Shown piece after piece: positions 27,576 through 42,959 of a stretch of 64,000 nt of DNA (positions are counted from its first letter, which is position 1; each line of letters begins with the position of its first letter). The position numbers and the translations under genes are program-made. This DNA is from Octopus sinensis (Eukaryota): assembly GCF_006345805.1 (NCBI RefSeq), contig NC_043016.1, positions 16,058,001-16,122,000 on the forward strand. Direction: 5' to 3'. The notes beneath the pieces are model-generated. The model did not search any database, was not told the origin of the DNA, and worked only from the letters and a program-made list of their open reading frames with translations.

Positions 27576-29286
27576 TCTAAAATACACAAACTGATCTTCA
27601 AAATTGAAAATGTAATGAACCTAATGACTTACTTGCCAATTATTATCATAATTCCTCCCAAGAAAGTACAAGAGAATTGGAAAAATCATTAGAGTGTTTC
27701 GGAGAAATTGCTTCATGGCATCTAGTTAAGTCTTTTTATAATCTGAGTTCAAATTCCACCTTGGTCAAGCTTATCTTTCACCTTTCCAGATCTGGCAAAA
27801 TGATTTCCTAATGAAGGAACAATGGGGCAGTCTTAACTACACAATTAGTCCCCAACAGAGAGAGAGAGAGAAAGAGGGACAGAGAGAGAGAAAGAGAGAG
27901 AGGGAGAGAGAGAAAAAAGAGGAGAGAGAGAGAGATTGAACTGAGATGTCTGTGAATAAGGAAAAAAAAGAAACAACCCATTCTATCATAGGTTTGCTGA
28001 ATTAGGTCTGACTTATGATTGAACAACACTAGTATTATAACTGGTAATATGGCCATCCCCCCAAAGGAAAGGCACATTAGGTAATAATTTTATTCTTTTA
28101 CTCACTGAACTGCAGCCATGTTAAGGCATCAGATTATTTCAACTACATTGACCTTATTTTTAAGAGTGGTGCTTATCTTTTTAATATCTCTTTGGTGAAC
28201 TACTAAGTCATTAAACAGAGTGCCATTTTTCAAACGGTGCTCATGTAAAGACAAATACACACACACTCAAACACATGCACTGAGCTTCTGCATAGTTTCC
28301 ATCAATCAATTTCACTCACAAGGAAGACTAATGCCTTTGTGAATGAAATAGAGATTCTACAGGTTCTTTCATTTCCATCCACATTTAAGAATCTGTCAAT
28401 GGGAAAATAAAGCAGCCTGCCACTTTTTTGATACATATATTGGTGGGTATGCTTTGATGCTTTATCTTTTACCAGAATCTTTTGATCCGAGTTCAGTAAA
28501 AGATTCCGCTCTTATATCCTTGTTACATTAACCATGTGTTAACAAAGCAAGGACAGGCCAGATTGTAATGGCATACTGTCATATAATATGCACTGAAGAC
28601 AAAATCTCAATGTTCATATTTTAAATGCATTTAATACACATGAAATGTTACGACTGACAACACACACATTATGCTAAAAATTTCTTACATAATTGAAACA
28701 CGTGTTAAACGCATTCAAAATATCAACATTTGGTTTTGTCTTTATTACACACACACACACACACAAAATGTATATATAAGATGGGAAGGTCATGGTTAGA
28801 ATATTTTTGATTGTATGTTCACTGGAGCAGGGCTGACTGGGGGGGAAAGATCAATAACAACAACAACAACAGAAAGATGTCTAGTTCTTTGCGAAAGAAA
28901 GAAAAAAAAAACGGATATGAAGTAAAAACCATAATAAAAGCATTTAACTTTTATTCTTTATGTGATGATTCTAAATGTAAACAGACTTTGTAAAACAGTG
29001 ACGTAAAGGGAGAAGAGGTCTGCAGCTCAAAGCATCTGCCAGTGACTACTGAAACACCATTGTCATATATATTTATACATATATATATATACACACACAC
29101 GCATATGTATATATAATGTTTGTGCATTTACTGTATGTGTATAGTGTGTGGTTATTTGTTTGTGGGTATGTTTTGACTACAATATTCATACATCATCTGA
29201 AGAACCTTTTTTTTTTTTTTGCTGTATGTACCACAGACATTATGCTGTAACACGTCTGATGGGACGAGGGATTCTATGTTCTTGTG

Positions 29287-29317
<31 letters not shown>

Positions 29318-31609
29318 CACATACATGTGTTTGCATGTGTGTGTGTGTGGGGGGGGGCGGGGAGTTGAAATGACTGACTGACGGGGAAAATAAATTGCTT
29401 TGCTGTTTTACTGATCAACTCTTCTTCTCATTGCACCGTTCATTGCCACACCGCTCCCCACCCCACCACCCTCCTCCCCCTCCTCCTCAAACAGAAAACA
29501 AATATGAATGTGTGGACGTGTGGTACATGCACAAATGTCTGTCTGTCTGTCTGTCTGTACACACATACGTGTCCTACTGCGTGCATGCCTGCTTATATGG
29601 ATGGGCGTATATATATGTATGTGTGTGTGTGCATCCATATATGTATGCGTATATATAATGTATATGCCTATGTAAGTAAATGCATGTGTGTGTATATGTA
29701 TGCATGTGTGCATGTGTAAATGTATGTATATGTATGCATATGTATATATGCATAACCATGTGTGTATGCATATGAATGTATATATGTGTGTGTATGTAAG
29801 TAAAGACTGCCTCTATGTGCACATATATAGATTTGTATGAGAGAGAGAGAGAGAGAACAAGTGTGTGTGTGTGTGTGTGTGAAAAAGGAGCTGAGAGGAA
29901 GTGTGATGAAAAATAAGTGAACGAGGAAGAAGAAATGAGACAAAAATATACAATGGAAGAATGAAATGAAGGAATGGAACAGAAGAGGAGAAAGAGAAAG
30001 GAAAGAAAGAGGGAGAAAGGAAAGAAAAAGCCGGAAGAAGAGTTGAGGGAAAGAAGGATTGAAGGAGGAGGGAGGTAAGAAAATAAAAATAATAAAGAAA
30101 TAAAAATGAATTCGGGTGGAGAAAAAGAGAAAAAAAATGTGAATCTAAGAAATAGAATTAAAGTAAGTAGGGTTTTATGGAAGAATGGAGAAAGAAGGAA
30201 AGAAGGAAAGAAAGAAAGGGAAGAATAGACTCAACTCTCTCAGTTTTTGGTCATTCATAGTTGGAAAAGAAATGAGATTTTTTATATTTTCACATTTTCT
30301 TTTTTTTGTTATAGATAAATTAATGATTGAAGCTAGAGTGGACATGGCGTTTTAGAGGCAATGCCAAATGTGATGATGATGATGATGGTGGCAATAGTGA
30401 TGGTGAGATTAAACGAGTTAAAGAAGTGGAAATTTTGCTATAGGGATGATGAAAATGTCTAACAGTTTGGAAGGAACTCTTGTGGCACTGAATAGAGAGA
30501 GAGAGAGCAGAAATAGTGAAGGACAAGACAATTATCAGAAGAAATATTGGTTGGTAGATCGATAGAAAACACTGGGGAAAAAAGAAATCATAAAAAAACG
30601 AAGGTGGGGGTGGGGGGTTGAGTTGGGGATTAGGAGAAGGGGAGATAACTAGGAGATTATTATTGACAAAAATGTTTGCAAATTTAAAAAAGCAGAAAGG
30701 AATGGGGGGGGGGGAGTTAGGGTAGGAAGTAGTGGGAAGAGGGATGAAGGGGAGACTCATGGGAGTTGCTAAACTCCTTACATATTAAGTGGATGGAATG
30801 GGAGGAATTAGATTGAAGAATTCTGGTGAGATTTAATGTGGTTGATGGTCAGCTTGGAATATCAACAAGAAAAAATACTCAAGTAGGGAATGGTGGAGGA
30901 GGTAGGATGGAACTGAAGAGGTGAAAAGTGGTTAAGTCCAAAAACTTGTGGAAGACTAAGCTATCGCTCACAATCAAATTTAACCTGGTAGTAGAATACC
31001 ATTCTCCTCTCGGCTATTCCATTCTTGAACCTTGTGAAACGGTCTGGGTGAGTCAAGGGTGACCTATGGCATGGCAACAAAAAAAATAACCTTGATTATT
31101 TTTAATTAGTGCAGCCCATCTGATGAGGAGGAGTCATGTCTCATGCAGCACCAACTTCTTGAAAATGGTTGCCCATGCCAGAGAAAGAGGGGTGGAGAAG
31201 GAGAGTGGGGAGAGCTACTCAGATGGTACTCAGGTGAATAGACTGGAGTAGTATGAAGTGTAGTGCCTGGCTCAAAAACACAAAATGCCATCCAGTCAAG
31301 GAATTGAACCCACAATTTATATTTTACCACAGTCATTATGCTATGTCACGAGCTATGCACTTGATTCTGCTGGCCCCTGACAACACTAATCTCATCCAGT
31401 CATTAAAAAAAATTGAGCCAAACAAACTAATTGAAAGAGAATTGAGAAGAAAAAGAGAATAAATAAATACATTAAAGAAAAATATCAAATAGCTTAAATG
31501 AGGAGGCATGGTTCCACAGAATAATGGTTTACCTTGCTATACAAGTTCTTAAAATATAAGCAACACACACGTACGTGTGTGTGTGTGTGTATTATTTTTT
31601 TTTTATTAT

Positions 31610-31985
31610 TATCTGTTTCAGTCATTTGACTGTGGCCATGCTTCAGCACTGCATTTAGTCAAGCAAATTGACTCCAGGGCTTATTCTTTGTAAGCCTGGT
31701 ACTTATTCTATCAGTATTTTTTGCCAAATGGCTAAGTTATGGGGACATAAACACACCAGCATCAGTTGTCAAGCGATGTTGGGGAGAGCAACACAGACAC
31801 AAACATATACATAAATACACACAACAAGTTTCTTTCAGTTTCTGTCTACCAAATCCACTCATAAGGTTTTGGTCAGCTTGAAGCTATAGTAGAAGACACT
31901 TGCCCAAGTTGCCATGCAGTGGGACTGAACCCAGAACCATGTGGTTGGTAAGGAAGATATTTACCACACAGCCACTCCTGTGCCT
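31610..31985 (-). mobile_element. CORE-type SINE family A, full length
   Basis: Colinear with other family A copies; further partial copies at about 19130, 23445, 24680, 27055, 52485, 55080 and 57010. Confidence 0.88.
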
Positions 31986-33123
31986 ATATATATGTATGTT
32001 CACTATTTTCCTCTCATTCTGGTTTAATGACCCTCCATGTTTATTTCCATTCAGTTTCCTTGTATGAATCCACTGTCATTTTTGGTTCCCTACTTTCACC
32101 CTCCATAAATCGTTAAATTTTATTTTAGAATTTGTGGGAGCAACTGTCTTTGAAGACTCATATTGTCACTGAATGCTTGAAATGAGGAGTAGATAGACAG
32201 CCAACAACTGACGAAGGGTCCTGCATACAGCTGTCTGATAACTAATCAAAACCATTCCAATTATGCCCATTTGATCCCTTTAAATGTATCCTGGACCTTG
32301 TTATTTTATGGCTTCTTCCCTTATTTAAAGCTAGCAGAGTGTAATTTGAGGGAGATTTAGTTATTATTTTGTGCCAGACCTAGTGACCACATAAAGGCTC
32401 CCTATTTACTCATGTTTGTTTGGTTTCTCCTGGAGAACGAGGATGGTAGTCGTGGGGTTGTCTTTATTTAAAAATGAATTATAAGAACAACTGTTTTCAC
32501 AGCTGGGTACCCTGCTGTTAGACCAACCATCAGAGCTGAGAAGAGTTCTATACCATTCTTCCTTGTTAAACACTTAATGACTGTAGCAACTTTCTCTACA
32601 TGAATTTCTAATTAATTCTTGAAGTATTTCAGTCTCATATCTTAAAATTTTTTGAAAAGAATAAGCATTTTAAATTTATGGTTCAACCCACTAAGAATAG
32701 CAGTTAGATCTCCCTCAAATTACACCCAACTGTATAACAAAAATAAAAATTTTTTAAAATGAAAAAAGTTACTTTACATAATGTAGTTCTACATAAGCTA
32801 GGCTTGATCTATTACTGTTTAATACCATCACCACCTGACCTCTCTGGGTGCCTGTGGTGGAGTTCATTCAGTTTTGCCAAGTATTCCAACCAGGCCCCTT
32901 TCCAAGGTTAGTTAAAATTTGTCTCTCTCTTTCTCTCATATATATGTAATTAATACGAAGGGTTTAGTTCACTGATAATCTAAACCAATAGGTATGCTGT
33001 GTAAGTGCTATAAATGGTCATCTGTTAGGTTCCAAGTTCACAGCTGAGGCTGGAGCTAGGCTCCATAGTAGTAGGCTTCTGAGCCAGCGGATATATATAC
33101 ATATATACACATACATACATACA

Positions 33124-33566
33124 CAGGGTGCAGCAGAAGTAACGCCCTTTTGTAGTTGAGTTCTTTAATTTCTAATTGAGTTTCTTTGTTATTTCCTAAA
33201 ACTTCTGCAATGTTTTTTAATTAGTTTATTACTCGTTTCTTTAACCCTTTCGTTACCATATTTATTTTGTGATGCTCTGTGTTTCTTTCAATTAATTTCA
33301 AATATAACAAAGAATTAGTAAAATAACTTAGTTATCATTCAGCTAGTGTTGGGAACATAAATTGTGACTAAGGTTTGGTGGAAGATTTTGATTCAAAACT
33401 TATGAAAACAAGACATTTGTGCTCAGAGCCAGAGGTGGTTTCAGCCAGGTTTGGTAATAAAAGGGTTAAGTAATGCAATAGATTTGTGTTCAATAAAAAA
33501 TTACTCAAAAACATATACTATAAAAGTTATTAAATGTAAAAAGGGCATTACTTCAACTGCACCCTG
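33124..33566. mobile_element. Tc1/mariner-like MITE
   Basis: TIR CAGGGTGCAGCAGAAGTAACGCCCTTT versus AAAGGGCATTACTTCAACTGCACCCTG. Confidence 0.75.
33245..33465. mobile_element. piggyBac-type MITE nested in the Tc1-like MITE
   Basis: TTAA-CCCTTTCGTTACC...GGTAATAAAAGGG-TTAA. Confidence 0.85.
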
Positions 33567-35519
33567 CATATATATATACACACACATATATATATATCTA
33601 TATATATATATATCTATATTATATATATATATATAGAGAGAGAGAGAGCGAGAGAGAGAGAGAGAGAGCTAACTTTGTACTTTCATATTCTCCATCTACT
33701 ACTGTAAACCTTCAATTAATTTTTTTTTTCTGTCCTGCTATCAAATCTTGACTGTTTTGGTACCACCTGCCTAATTTATGCAGGTGATTTTCAGGATAAA
33801 ATTTGTTAAAAAAAGCTTCTATTCGTGTAAAATTTGCACCCAAAAGTTTTCAGAATTGCTGATATGGCCAGAGGAAAAAGTTTTCCAGTTTAGTTGTATT
33901 TAGCATAATTGCACTTAATTATGATTAGATTTTGTTAAATTTTTATTAAATAAAAATAATTTGTTTAACAGGTATCAAATTGAAAGCTATTGAAAGTGTT
34001 TGTGTTATTTATCATAAACTTTATTTTACATTTCTTGCCCACAAGAGATTATGTCCGATTTTTAGCATACTGTTGTATGTCTTCTGAAATCACAATCACA
34101 GGGAAAGTTGTTAAGAATTACCAGCAAAAACAAAGCTGATAAATATGCACAGGTGTTGCAAATTAAGTTTAATTACCAATAAACATCAGCTTGGATGACA
34201 CTTTACTCAACTGACAGAGGAAGGTGACCAATCAAACTGATTATGTAAACGGAATTCTTTTCTGCCTATTCTTGCCAGAACCTTTGATACGGAGAATCGA
34301 AATTTTAATCCCTTTCACAATTATAAAATGTTAAGTGAACTTTAAAATTTGTCATTTCCGTTATTGTTAGTATGGGCAGAACTTATGAATCGTTTACTAC
34401 TAAGGAGAAATTAAATATGTTGAATATGCCTTTGAATGACAATAGAGCCACTGTTTGAAATTGGTGTAAACAGTACAACAAACTTAAAACCATGGCTAGT
34501 AATAAACAAACAAAAACGAAAACAAACAACCAAGATTCTGCATATCATTACATTTTTTTCAGTCAGGAATATCCATATCACTATGTCAATGGAGCTCCTT
34601 TGTGATAGGTAGAAACTCCAAGCAATGTAAAATATGGTCTGGACCATGTTTGCCAGCATGAATGTCAGACTTCAAAAACGAGTTAACCATTTAATGGTTT
34701 CAGTAAATTTATACAGAAAAAGTAAGCATTATACTGTCCAGCATAAATAAAAATCAACTTCATCATGTATATTTAAGCCATTATTTTTTCTGTAAAAATC
34801 TATTCTGACATTAAATGAGTCAACTCCTGGTATGAATTTTTACGTTTTGTACGTCTTTTTACAACAAAAACGAAAAAAAAAAAATATTCTGGAAACAATC
34901 TACTCATGTAAATGTTGCATCCCCTAAAGTTAATTTTTATTTTTGCGAAAAAAGAGCGGGGTTTTATGGTATTTTGTAGAACCTTCCATTTGTGGAACAT
35001 CTCCCACTAAAAGAAGAAAGAACTTTCAGATTTGGAGTTTTTTGAGTTTCAGAATTTCAATTAAAGGATTAACAACCTGTAATAATTGTTTTAGATTTTG
35101 GCACAAGAACAGCAATTTTAGTGGGAAGGGGCAAGTTGATAACATCAATACCAATACTCAAATAGTGCTTATTTTATCAACTCCAAAAGGATGAAAAGTA
35201 AAGTTGCCCTTGGTGGAATTAGATCTCAGAACTAAGAAATGGCATTAAGCATTATGTCCAATGTTTCAATGGATCCGACTGTAATAATGACAATAATTGT
35301 CATATTTACAGTTGGATCCTTTGGAACATTGGACATAATGTTCTCACAGACAGAACAAAGCTAGAAATTTTGGCGACAGGAAATAGTTGATTATTTGATC
35401 TCAGTACATGATTAGTACTATATTTTATCAATCTCAGAAGGCAAAGTTGATTTTGTACAAGTTCACAAATATATAGAAAAGGAAGCAAGAGTAGCAATAA
35501 TCACCAGGATATAACTGGT

Positions 35520-36245
35520 ATTTACTAGAGAACCTGTGGGAGAGGTAGACCCAGGAAGACCTGGTATGAGGTGGTGAAGCCACAACCTTCGAATATTGGG
35601 CCTCACCAAGGCGATGACAAGTGATTGAGACTTTTGGAGATATGCTGTGCTTGAGAAAACCCGGCAAGCCAAGTGAGACCATAACTGTGGGCTATGCCAG
35701 TGCAGCATAACCAGCCCATTTAAGAGTACCCTTCAATCATTGGGCAATAAACTGCACTTGTGAAGATGAAAGTACCACTTGATTGGCACCTGTGTCGGTG
35801 GAATGTAAAAAGTACCATTTAAGAATGGGTGATAACAGTACTGCGTGATTGGCACCCATGCCAGTGACATGTAAAAAGCACCATTCAAGCATGGTCGATG
35901 GCAGTGCCGGCTGACTGGTCCATGCCAGTGGCAGGTAAAAAGCACCATTCAGGTGTGGTTGTTGACAGTGCTGCCTTACTGGCTCCCATGCCGGTGGCAT
36001 GTAAAAAGCACCATTCAAGCATGGCTGATGCCTGTACCACCTGACTGGCCCTCGTGCTGGTGGCATGTAAAAAAGCATTCACTACACTCTCGGAGTGGTT
36101 GGCATTAGGAACGGCATCCAGCTGTAGAAACATTGTCAGATCAGATTGGAGCCTGGTGCAGCCTTCTGGCTTACCAGCCCTCAGTCAAACCATCCAACCC
36201 ATGCCAGCTTGGGAAGCGGACATTAAACGACGATGATGTTGATGA
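35520..36245 (+). mobile_element. RTE LINE 3' end
   Basis: GRGRPRKTW-type coding end, about 65-bp tandem 3' UTR units, ttaaacgacgatgatg tail. Confidence 0.9.
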
Positions 36246-36455
36246 CTTTAGAGAGAGAGGGATGAAAGATGAAGTTGACTCTAGCAGGACTTCAACATGA
36301 AGCTGAGGTGGAAGACAGCAAGATACTCCGTATGCTGTCTTCTGTTTCAGTCATTACTCAAAGTCATCAAAGTACTCCTTATTCTGAGGATCATAATTGG
36401 TTACAAATCTCTTCTGATTATCTATAATTTGATGAATGTTATGTAGTAGTAGAAG

Positions 36456-36846
36456 GTGTGGAGGCGCAATGGCCCAGTGGTTAGGGCAGCGGACTCGCGG
36501 TCATAGGATCGCAGTTTCAATTCCCAGACCAGGCATTGTGAGTGTTTATTGAGCAAAAACATCTAAAAGCTCCACGAGACTCCGGCAGAGGATGGTGGTG
36601 ATCCCTGCTGTACTCTTTCACCACAACTTTCTCTCACTCTTACTTCCTGTTTCTGTTGTACCTGTATTTCAAAGGGCCAGCCTTGTCACTCTCTGTGTCA
36701 TGCTGAATATCCCCCAGAACTACTTTAAGGGTACACGTGTCTGTGGAGTGCTCAGCCACTTACACGTTAATTTCACGAGCAGGCTGTTCCGTTGATTTGG
36801 ATCAACCGGAATCCTCGTCGTCGTAACCGGTGGAGTGCTTCCATCC
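36456..36846 (+). mobile_element. tRNA-derived SINE family B, full length with TSD
   Basis: Colinear with 13543-13875; flanking direct repeat agtagaaggt at 36448-36457 and 36847-36856. Confidence 0.9.
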
Positions 36847-39242
36847 AGTAGAAGGTAGACTGTTGATAGAACTATGGAAACACCATTTGGAATGTTTCAC
36901 AGTATTTCTTCTAACTCACTGCATTCTGAGTTCACACCCAACTGAGGTCAACTTTATCTTTCATCTCATGGTGCTTGTACCAGTCAAGTACTTGGTTGCT
37001 TCTGTCTGTTTCTCCCAATATTGCTATGTTGCACTGAGAGAGATATTGTGGGTACCAGTCCCAGGGTACCAGTCCCAGGGTACCTTTCTCCAGAAATGAA
37101 ATTAGCTTGAACAGGCATCCATCAGTCTCTTTTCATAAGCTACTAGAACCATCTAGAAACAGTCCTATTTTGAGATGAGCGTGAAGCAGAAAATAAGATC
37201 CAACAACCTAGTGTACATGACCTAGGGTAGCACACACCCTCTCAAGAAATCAGTCATTCATGTTTTATCAATAGCACTATGTATGGATTTGAAGTTATGG
37301 TATTTGGTGACCCTAGGTGGCCCACTGTTGGAAGCAGCAGCAAAGTGGAATAAAAAAAATTAAAATTTTATTATTGGTTTGGAGAACAGAGTTCAGTTCT
37401 TCCAACAGGAAAACAAATGTGCAATACAGAGGTTCTCAAATGTTGCAGTGCAGATTGCATCACTGACTGTGTCCTCTGAGTTTTTAAAAATACAATTTAG
37501 GGCCTCAGTAAATTTACATAAATATTTGTCTTGAAGTCCATGTTATTCATAATTTTGTTTTGCACATCAAGTAGGTTCAACAGCACAAATCAAGCAACAG
37601 TTTAGAAAATTTCTAAAATTCTGACTTTAAAACCTGGTTTCTTTTTCTGCTAAGAACAACAACCTTTGTTGTACACCTGAGCACTGTATATAATAATCTC
37701 ATTATTATTCTTTCAGTGCCTGCTGTGGAGCTGCTTTCACTAGACATCTTATATTCAAAGGTTTTATATTTCTTGCACCCAATAGACAACATCTAATTCT
37801 TTCTACTCTTCTGCTGATAAATAAAATGAAGTAAATTATATTTTTCTCCATATTTTTGTAAATATTTAAACTTTAAAACAATTTTGTTTTACTTTTAATG
37901 TGAAGTGCACCAATATTTGATCTCCATAGTTTAATGCGTATATATACACACACACACACACACACAACATACACTACACACACTCAAACCTACACAAACA
38001 GATTCACAAACACACATACAGACACATGAATGTAGACTCACACACAAAACCTTTTAGTCAAGTGGAAAGGCAATACCACTGACCTCTTACAGAGTCCCCG
38101 AGACTGGAAGGAAGGGTGGGAGGGAGGAGAGTATCCTGAAACCAGAGATCTGCTCCAAATGCTTGCAACAGAATGGATTCTGTTAAAGACATCCAAGGTG
38201 CCAGGTGGTATTGTTAAATTAGGTGATAGATGAAGTTTACCACCAGGGAATACCATGGTAGGATTTGAACTCAGAGTGCAGAGAATTGGAACAAGTATTG
38301 TGAGGCATTCCATCAGATGATCCAACACCTGCCATATTTGTCATGTATAAAAAAACGTCTATAGATATACACACAACATACACACACATGCATATACACA
38401 CACATACATACATACATAGATATGATGCACACATCTACATTACACACACACATAAATACACATAGGCACACATACACACACTCCATCATTCATTTGCCAA
38501 TTGTATTTGCTCCAGGAGGAGATTAGTCTCTCATCCAATTATGATATCAGAAACTAGAGATAGACACCAGTTGCATGGGTTCTTGAGATACATACCAGTT
38601 CCATGGATTCTTGAGATTTGGTAAAAGGATTAGCTATCAATATTCTTAAGCTGATCCAATCAACTTCAGCACTCCCTCTGGAAAATTGGTTTTGTGCCAA
38701 ATGCAAAACTATCTCATTAAAGAGTTGTTCAAAAATAATTTCTCTAAACACCTGCACAATCATTTTGAAGAATTTGAAATTCTTTGGGAGGGCTTTTGGA
38801 AAAAGATTCTGGTGTGATTATGTGTTGTATATAAATATAAACTTATTTCACACCCGCTCATGCATTTGTTTGTATAAACATACACATGTATACATATATG
38901 TGCATACATGTATACAGACACATGCATACATATATGTATACATGTACACAAATATACACATCTTTGCATACACACATGTATATAATATATACACATACAC
39001 AGGTTTACACATTTACAGTCACTCACATACATACATATGTATACATGCATATAAACACTCATAATTATATGTATATACATACAGACATTTTCTCTTTCCA
39101 CACTTTTACTGGTTTTCGACATGTGACTGTGACCATGCTGGGGCATCAAATTATATTGACTAGCTTTTACCTCATTCTGATAAAATAACAACCACACTGG
39201 GATTGGTAGTAAACAGCCAAAAAGAATAAAATATAACACACA

Positions 39243-39289
<47 letters not shown>

Positions 39290-40769
39290 GATAGATAGAT
39301 AGATATTCATACATACAATACATACACATAGAAGCACACATGTATACATATACACAGAACTATACATACACACACACACACACACATATACATACATATA
39401 TGTGTGTGTGTGCCAGCACACACACACAAGCATATATTACACTCCTTTTGTACACAGAAACTCCTCCTCCTCCTCCTCCTCTCCATGGCTGTTTAGTTTA
39501 TCTCAGATGTAGGATTAAACTCAAGAAAATGCACACCCCAGTTTCGAAATGATGAAAAATTATATGTTTGGTATCTGTTAAAAACGCTTCCAGTAAACTG
39601 TAAGAACTTAAAAAGGTTAATGAAGCACATATGATACCCAAGATGAAGTGCCTTACCATTTCTTTCAAAAGAAGAAAACCTTTGTTATCAGCATGTATAA
39701 AGTTTCAACTTCTTCCACATCTGGTAATGCTTCCATGCTGCAGCTTTACTTTGAAACTGAATTTTATATACATATATGGATATATATATATACATATGTA
39801 TACGTGTGTGTGTGTGGTGTGTGCATGTGTGTGAGTGTGTGTGTGCATGTGTGTGAGTGTGTGTGTGCATGTGTGTGAGTGTGTGCATATGTGAGTGTGT
39901 GCATATGTGAGTGTGTGTGTGTGTATTATCTTTTCTATTTTTAATTTCTAAGAAAATTTGTTCAACTAAATGAACTCTAGTGTGTTTAGAATCAAAATGG
40001 TGAGTTTATTCTTTGATAAATAGTATTCACTTTCTAGAAAAAAATATTGGTTTCGTCTGCATTATACAAATTCTTCCATTCAACAATTCTCATCTTTGAA
40101 AAATTTAATTTTCTAAAAAAATCATTTTTCTTTTAAAATCTGAATTTTTAAAAATTTCTATTTTTTCAAGTTATGTTTACTATAAATATCATTTGAAAAC
40201 ATCATCATCATCATCATTCTGTCATGCTACAGTCAAACTAGTAGTACCATCACCACTAGTATCGTATTGCTCCATTGTCACCATCATCATCACCATCAAC
40301 TGCTCTGCTCTCTGTAACAGTCAGGCTACCACCACCACCACCACCACATTACAACAACTATCATCGCTGTTGCCAACCAATATTAATGATGACCACCACC
40401 AAAAAATATATTGTTGGACTACTGGCTCTCATAGGTCTTGAGTTCAAATCAAGTGTTGCGTCTTAATTGTACATTTTCTAAGACTGTTCACAAAGTTTAA
40501 TGGATCCCTCATTTGGTTTTGACAATAAGGATTCAGTTGTTTGATCTCAACCTACCTCAGAATTATCCTGTAAATGACTGAGTATTCCACAGACGCATAG
40601 ACCCTTAATGTTGTCCCCAGGTAGAGTCAACATCACACTATATAGTTTCCATCTACTCAGTTACACTCACAAGGCAAAAGGTCAACCCGAAGTCATGGGA
40701 AATGACATTCAGTGGGATTGAACCAAAGAACTTGTGGTTGTGAAGTGAACTTCTTCAACATTCAGTCAT

Positions 40770-41420
40770 GCAGCGTTGGCATCGTTCACCTGGATATTGG
40801 GAACAGGTTTGAGGTCTTTTGAGAATGGCACAGGGAGAGAATATGAATAATGGAGAAATAATAAAGTTGTGAAAGTTTTACACAGGAAACTTCTTCAAAA
40901 ATAGGGGTTTGAAGCAGGAAGTACCTAGTACAAAGAATAGAAATAGTATTTGAGCCAGAAACATGCAAGATTTTATGGGATCTTCTCACTGAAAGGGATA
41001 AGAAGATAGAACATAAGTCAGATATAAGAGACAAGGAATATTGAATTTGCTTACTGATTGATCCATCGTGTCCATATGATACAAGGATTGTGATGGAAGC
41101 AGATGAAAAGTTTGGAAACAATACAACCTCCTTAAGATTTTGAGATTTCAAGGATTTGGAACATGAAATCTGTAAAGATTGTATCTGTAATAATTGGTGC
41201 ATTAGGGACTGTGAGTAATGATATAGACAAATGGTCGAAGGAGCATCTACAAAAGGTTTGCCTCTTAGGAACTGGAAAAAATGATCAGAAGAGTTTTAAG
41301 CACTTGAAGACATAGTGAAATTGTGGATGTTTAAGGTTACAGGTAGTAATCTGCAACCCACATAGATTCTACCAGGAATAATACCAATTCTAAGTTGAAT
41401 AATAATAATAATGATAATTA
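40770..41420 (+). mobile_element. R4/Dong-clade LINE 3' end (restriction-like endonuclease region)
   Basis: Frameshifted CKILWD...ICLLIDPSCPYD...VSVIIGALGTVS...LQKVCLLGT; followed by (AAT)n. Confidence 0.8.
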
Positions 41421-42885
41421 TCATCATTTAGTGTCAGTTTTCTATGCTGGCATGGGTTAGACAGTTAGACTGGAAACTGGTAAACTGGCAAGCTGTACCA
41501 AGTTCCAGTTTGATTTTGGTTTGGTTTCTATGGTTGGATATCCTTCTAAATGTCAACCAGTCCAAGAGTGTATTGGGTACCTTGCATGTGCCACCAGCCC
41601 AGGTGCTTTTTCGTGCCACCAACACAGGTGCTTTTTCGTGCCACCAACACAGGTGCTTTCATGTGTCATTGGCATGGGTGCTTTTACATGTCACTGGTAT
41701 TAGCCACAAATATGATTTCACTTGGCTTGATGAGTCTCTTCTCAAGCACAGCATATTGCCTAAAGTCTCAATCACTTGTTATCACCTGCATGAGGCCCAA
41801 CATTCGAAGATCCTGCTTCACCACCTCATCCCATGCCTTCCTGGGTCTACCTCTTCCACAGGTCCCCTTTACAGTTAGAGATCAGCACTGCTTAAGCAGT
41901 TGTCCTCATCCATACACATCACTTGACCATACCAGCACAGTCTTCTCTTTTGCACACCACATCTGATGGCCCTTAAGCCCAATTTTTCTCTCAAAATGCT
42001 TACACTCTGTCATGCGTGCACACTGACATGGCACATCCAGTGAAGCATGCTAGCTTCATTTCTTTCAAGCCTTCACATGTCCTTGGTAGTCACAAGCCAT
42101 GTTTCACTTCCATGTAGCATCGCTGTTCACACACAGGCATCATACAATCTGCCGTTCACTCTGAGGTAGAGAGGCCCTTTCTTACCTACAAAGGTAGAAG
42201 CTCTTTAAACTTTGCCCAGCCTATTCTTATTCTAGCAGCTAAACTCTCAGAGCATCCACCTTCATTGCTGACTTGGTCACCAAAATAATGGAAACTATCA
42301 AATACTTCTAAGTATCCTCCTTAGCATTTGATGCTAAGTCTATTCTCTGTACATTTCTGTTTCTGTTTATTGTACCTGTATATCTTGCCACACACAAAGA
42401 CTATTTTCCCTGTTAACCTTCCTCTGATATTGCTGCATCTCTTATGTGTCTATAGCTTGCACTAGGTACACCTTATGGAGTTTCTACTACATATTGAGCA
42501 GGGCCATCTACCTGAAGGGATTTGTGATTTGTTTGCTTTCATACCTACTAAGTCTTTGGTTTTTGCTAAATTAACTGTAAGGCACTTTGATTCCAGACCT
42601 TGCTTCCACACCTGAAATTTTTCCTTCAGTTCTGGTAGAGATTCAGCTATAAGAACATGGTCAACAGCATAGAGGAGCTCCCTGAGACAGCCTGACTTAA
42701 ATTCCTCTGTTATTGCCAGGAGGACTATGATGAATAAGAGGGGGCCAAGGACCAATCTTTGGTGAACTCCTTGTACACTGAATTCTTCACTATATGCATT
42801 GCCAACCCTCACATTACTGACAGCATCCCTGTACGTGGCTTGTACAGCTCTCACCAACCACTCATCTATCCCTAGTTACTGCAAT
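41420..42885 (-). mobile_element. RTE LINE fragment (RT plus 3' UTR)
   Basis: ORF 42462-42857 EEFSVQGVHQRLVLGPLLFIIVL...ELLYAVDHVLIAES (decayed QGS and YADD motifs). Confidence 0.9.
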
Positions 42886-42959
42886 GGTTGTAGAACATGA
42901 AGGAAGAAAAATTTACATTGTTATGAAGGAAAGTAGGAAATTTGAGGAAGAATTAGGAA

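Noticed and set aside
31120-31145. CTGATGAGGAG...CTC
   Set aside because: No GAAA after the putative stem II
35750-36080. Repeat-spacer-like array resembling CRISPR
   Set aside because: Eukaryotic context, the linkers are homologous to each other, no cas genes; it is the RTE 3' UTR tandem repeat
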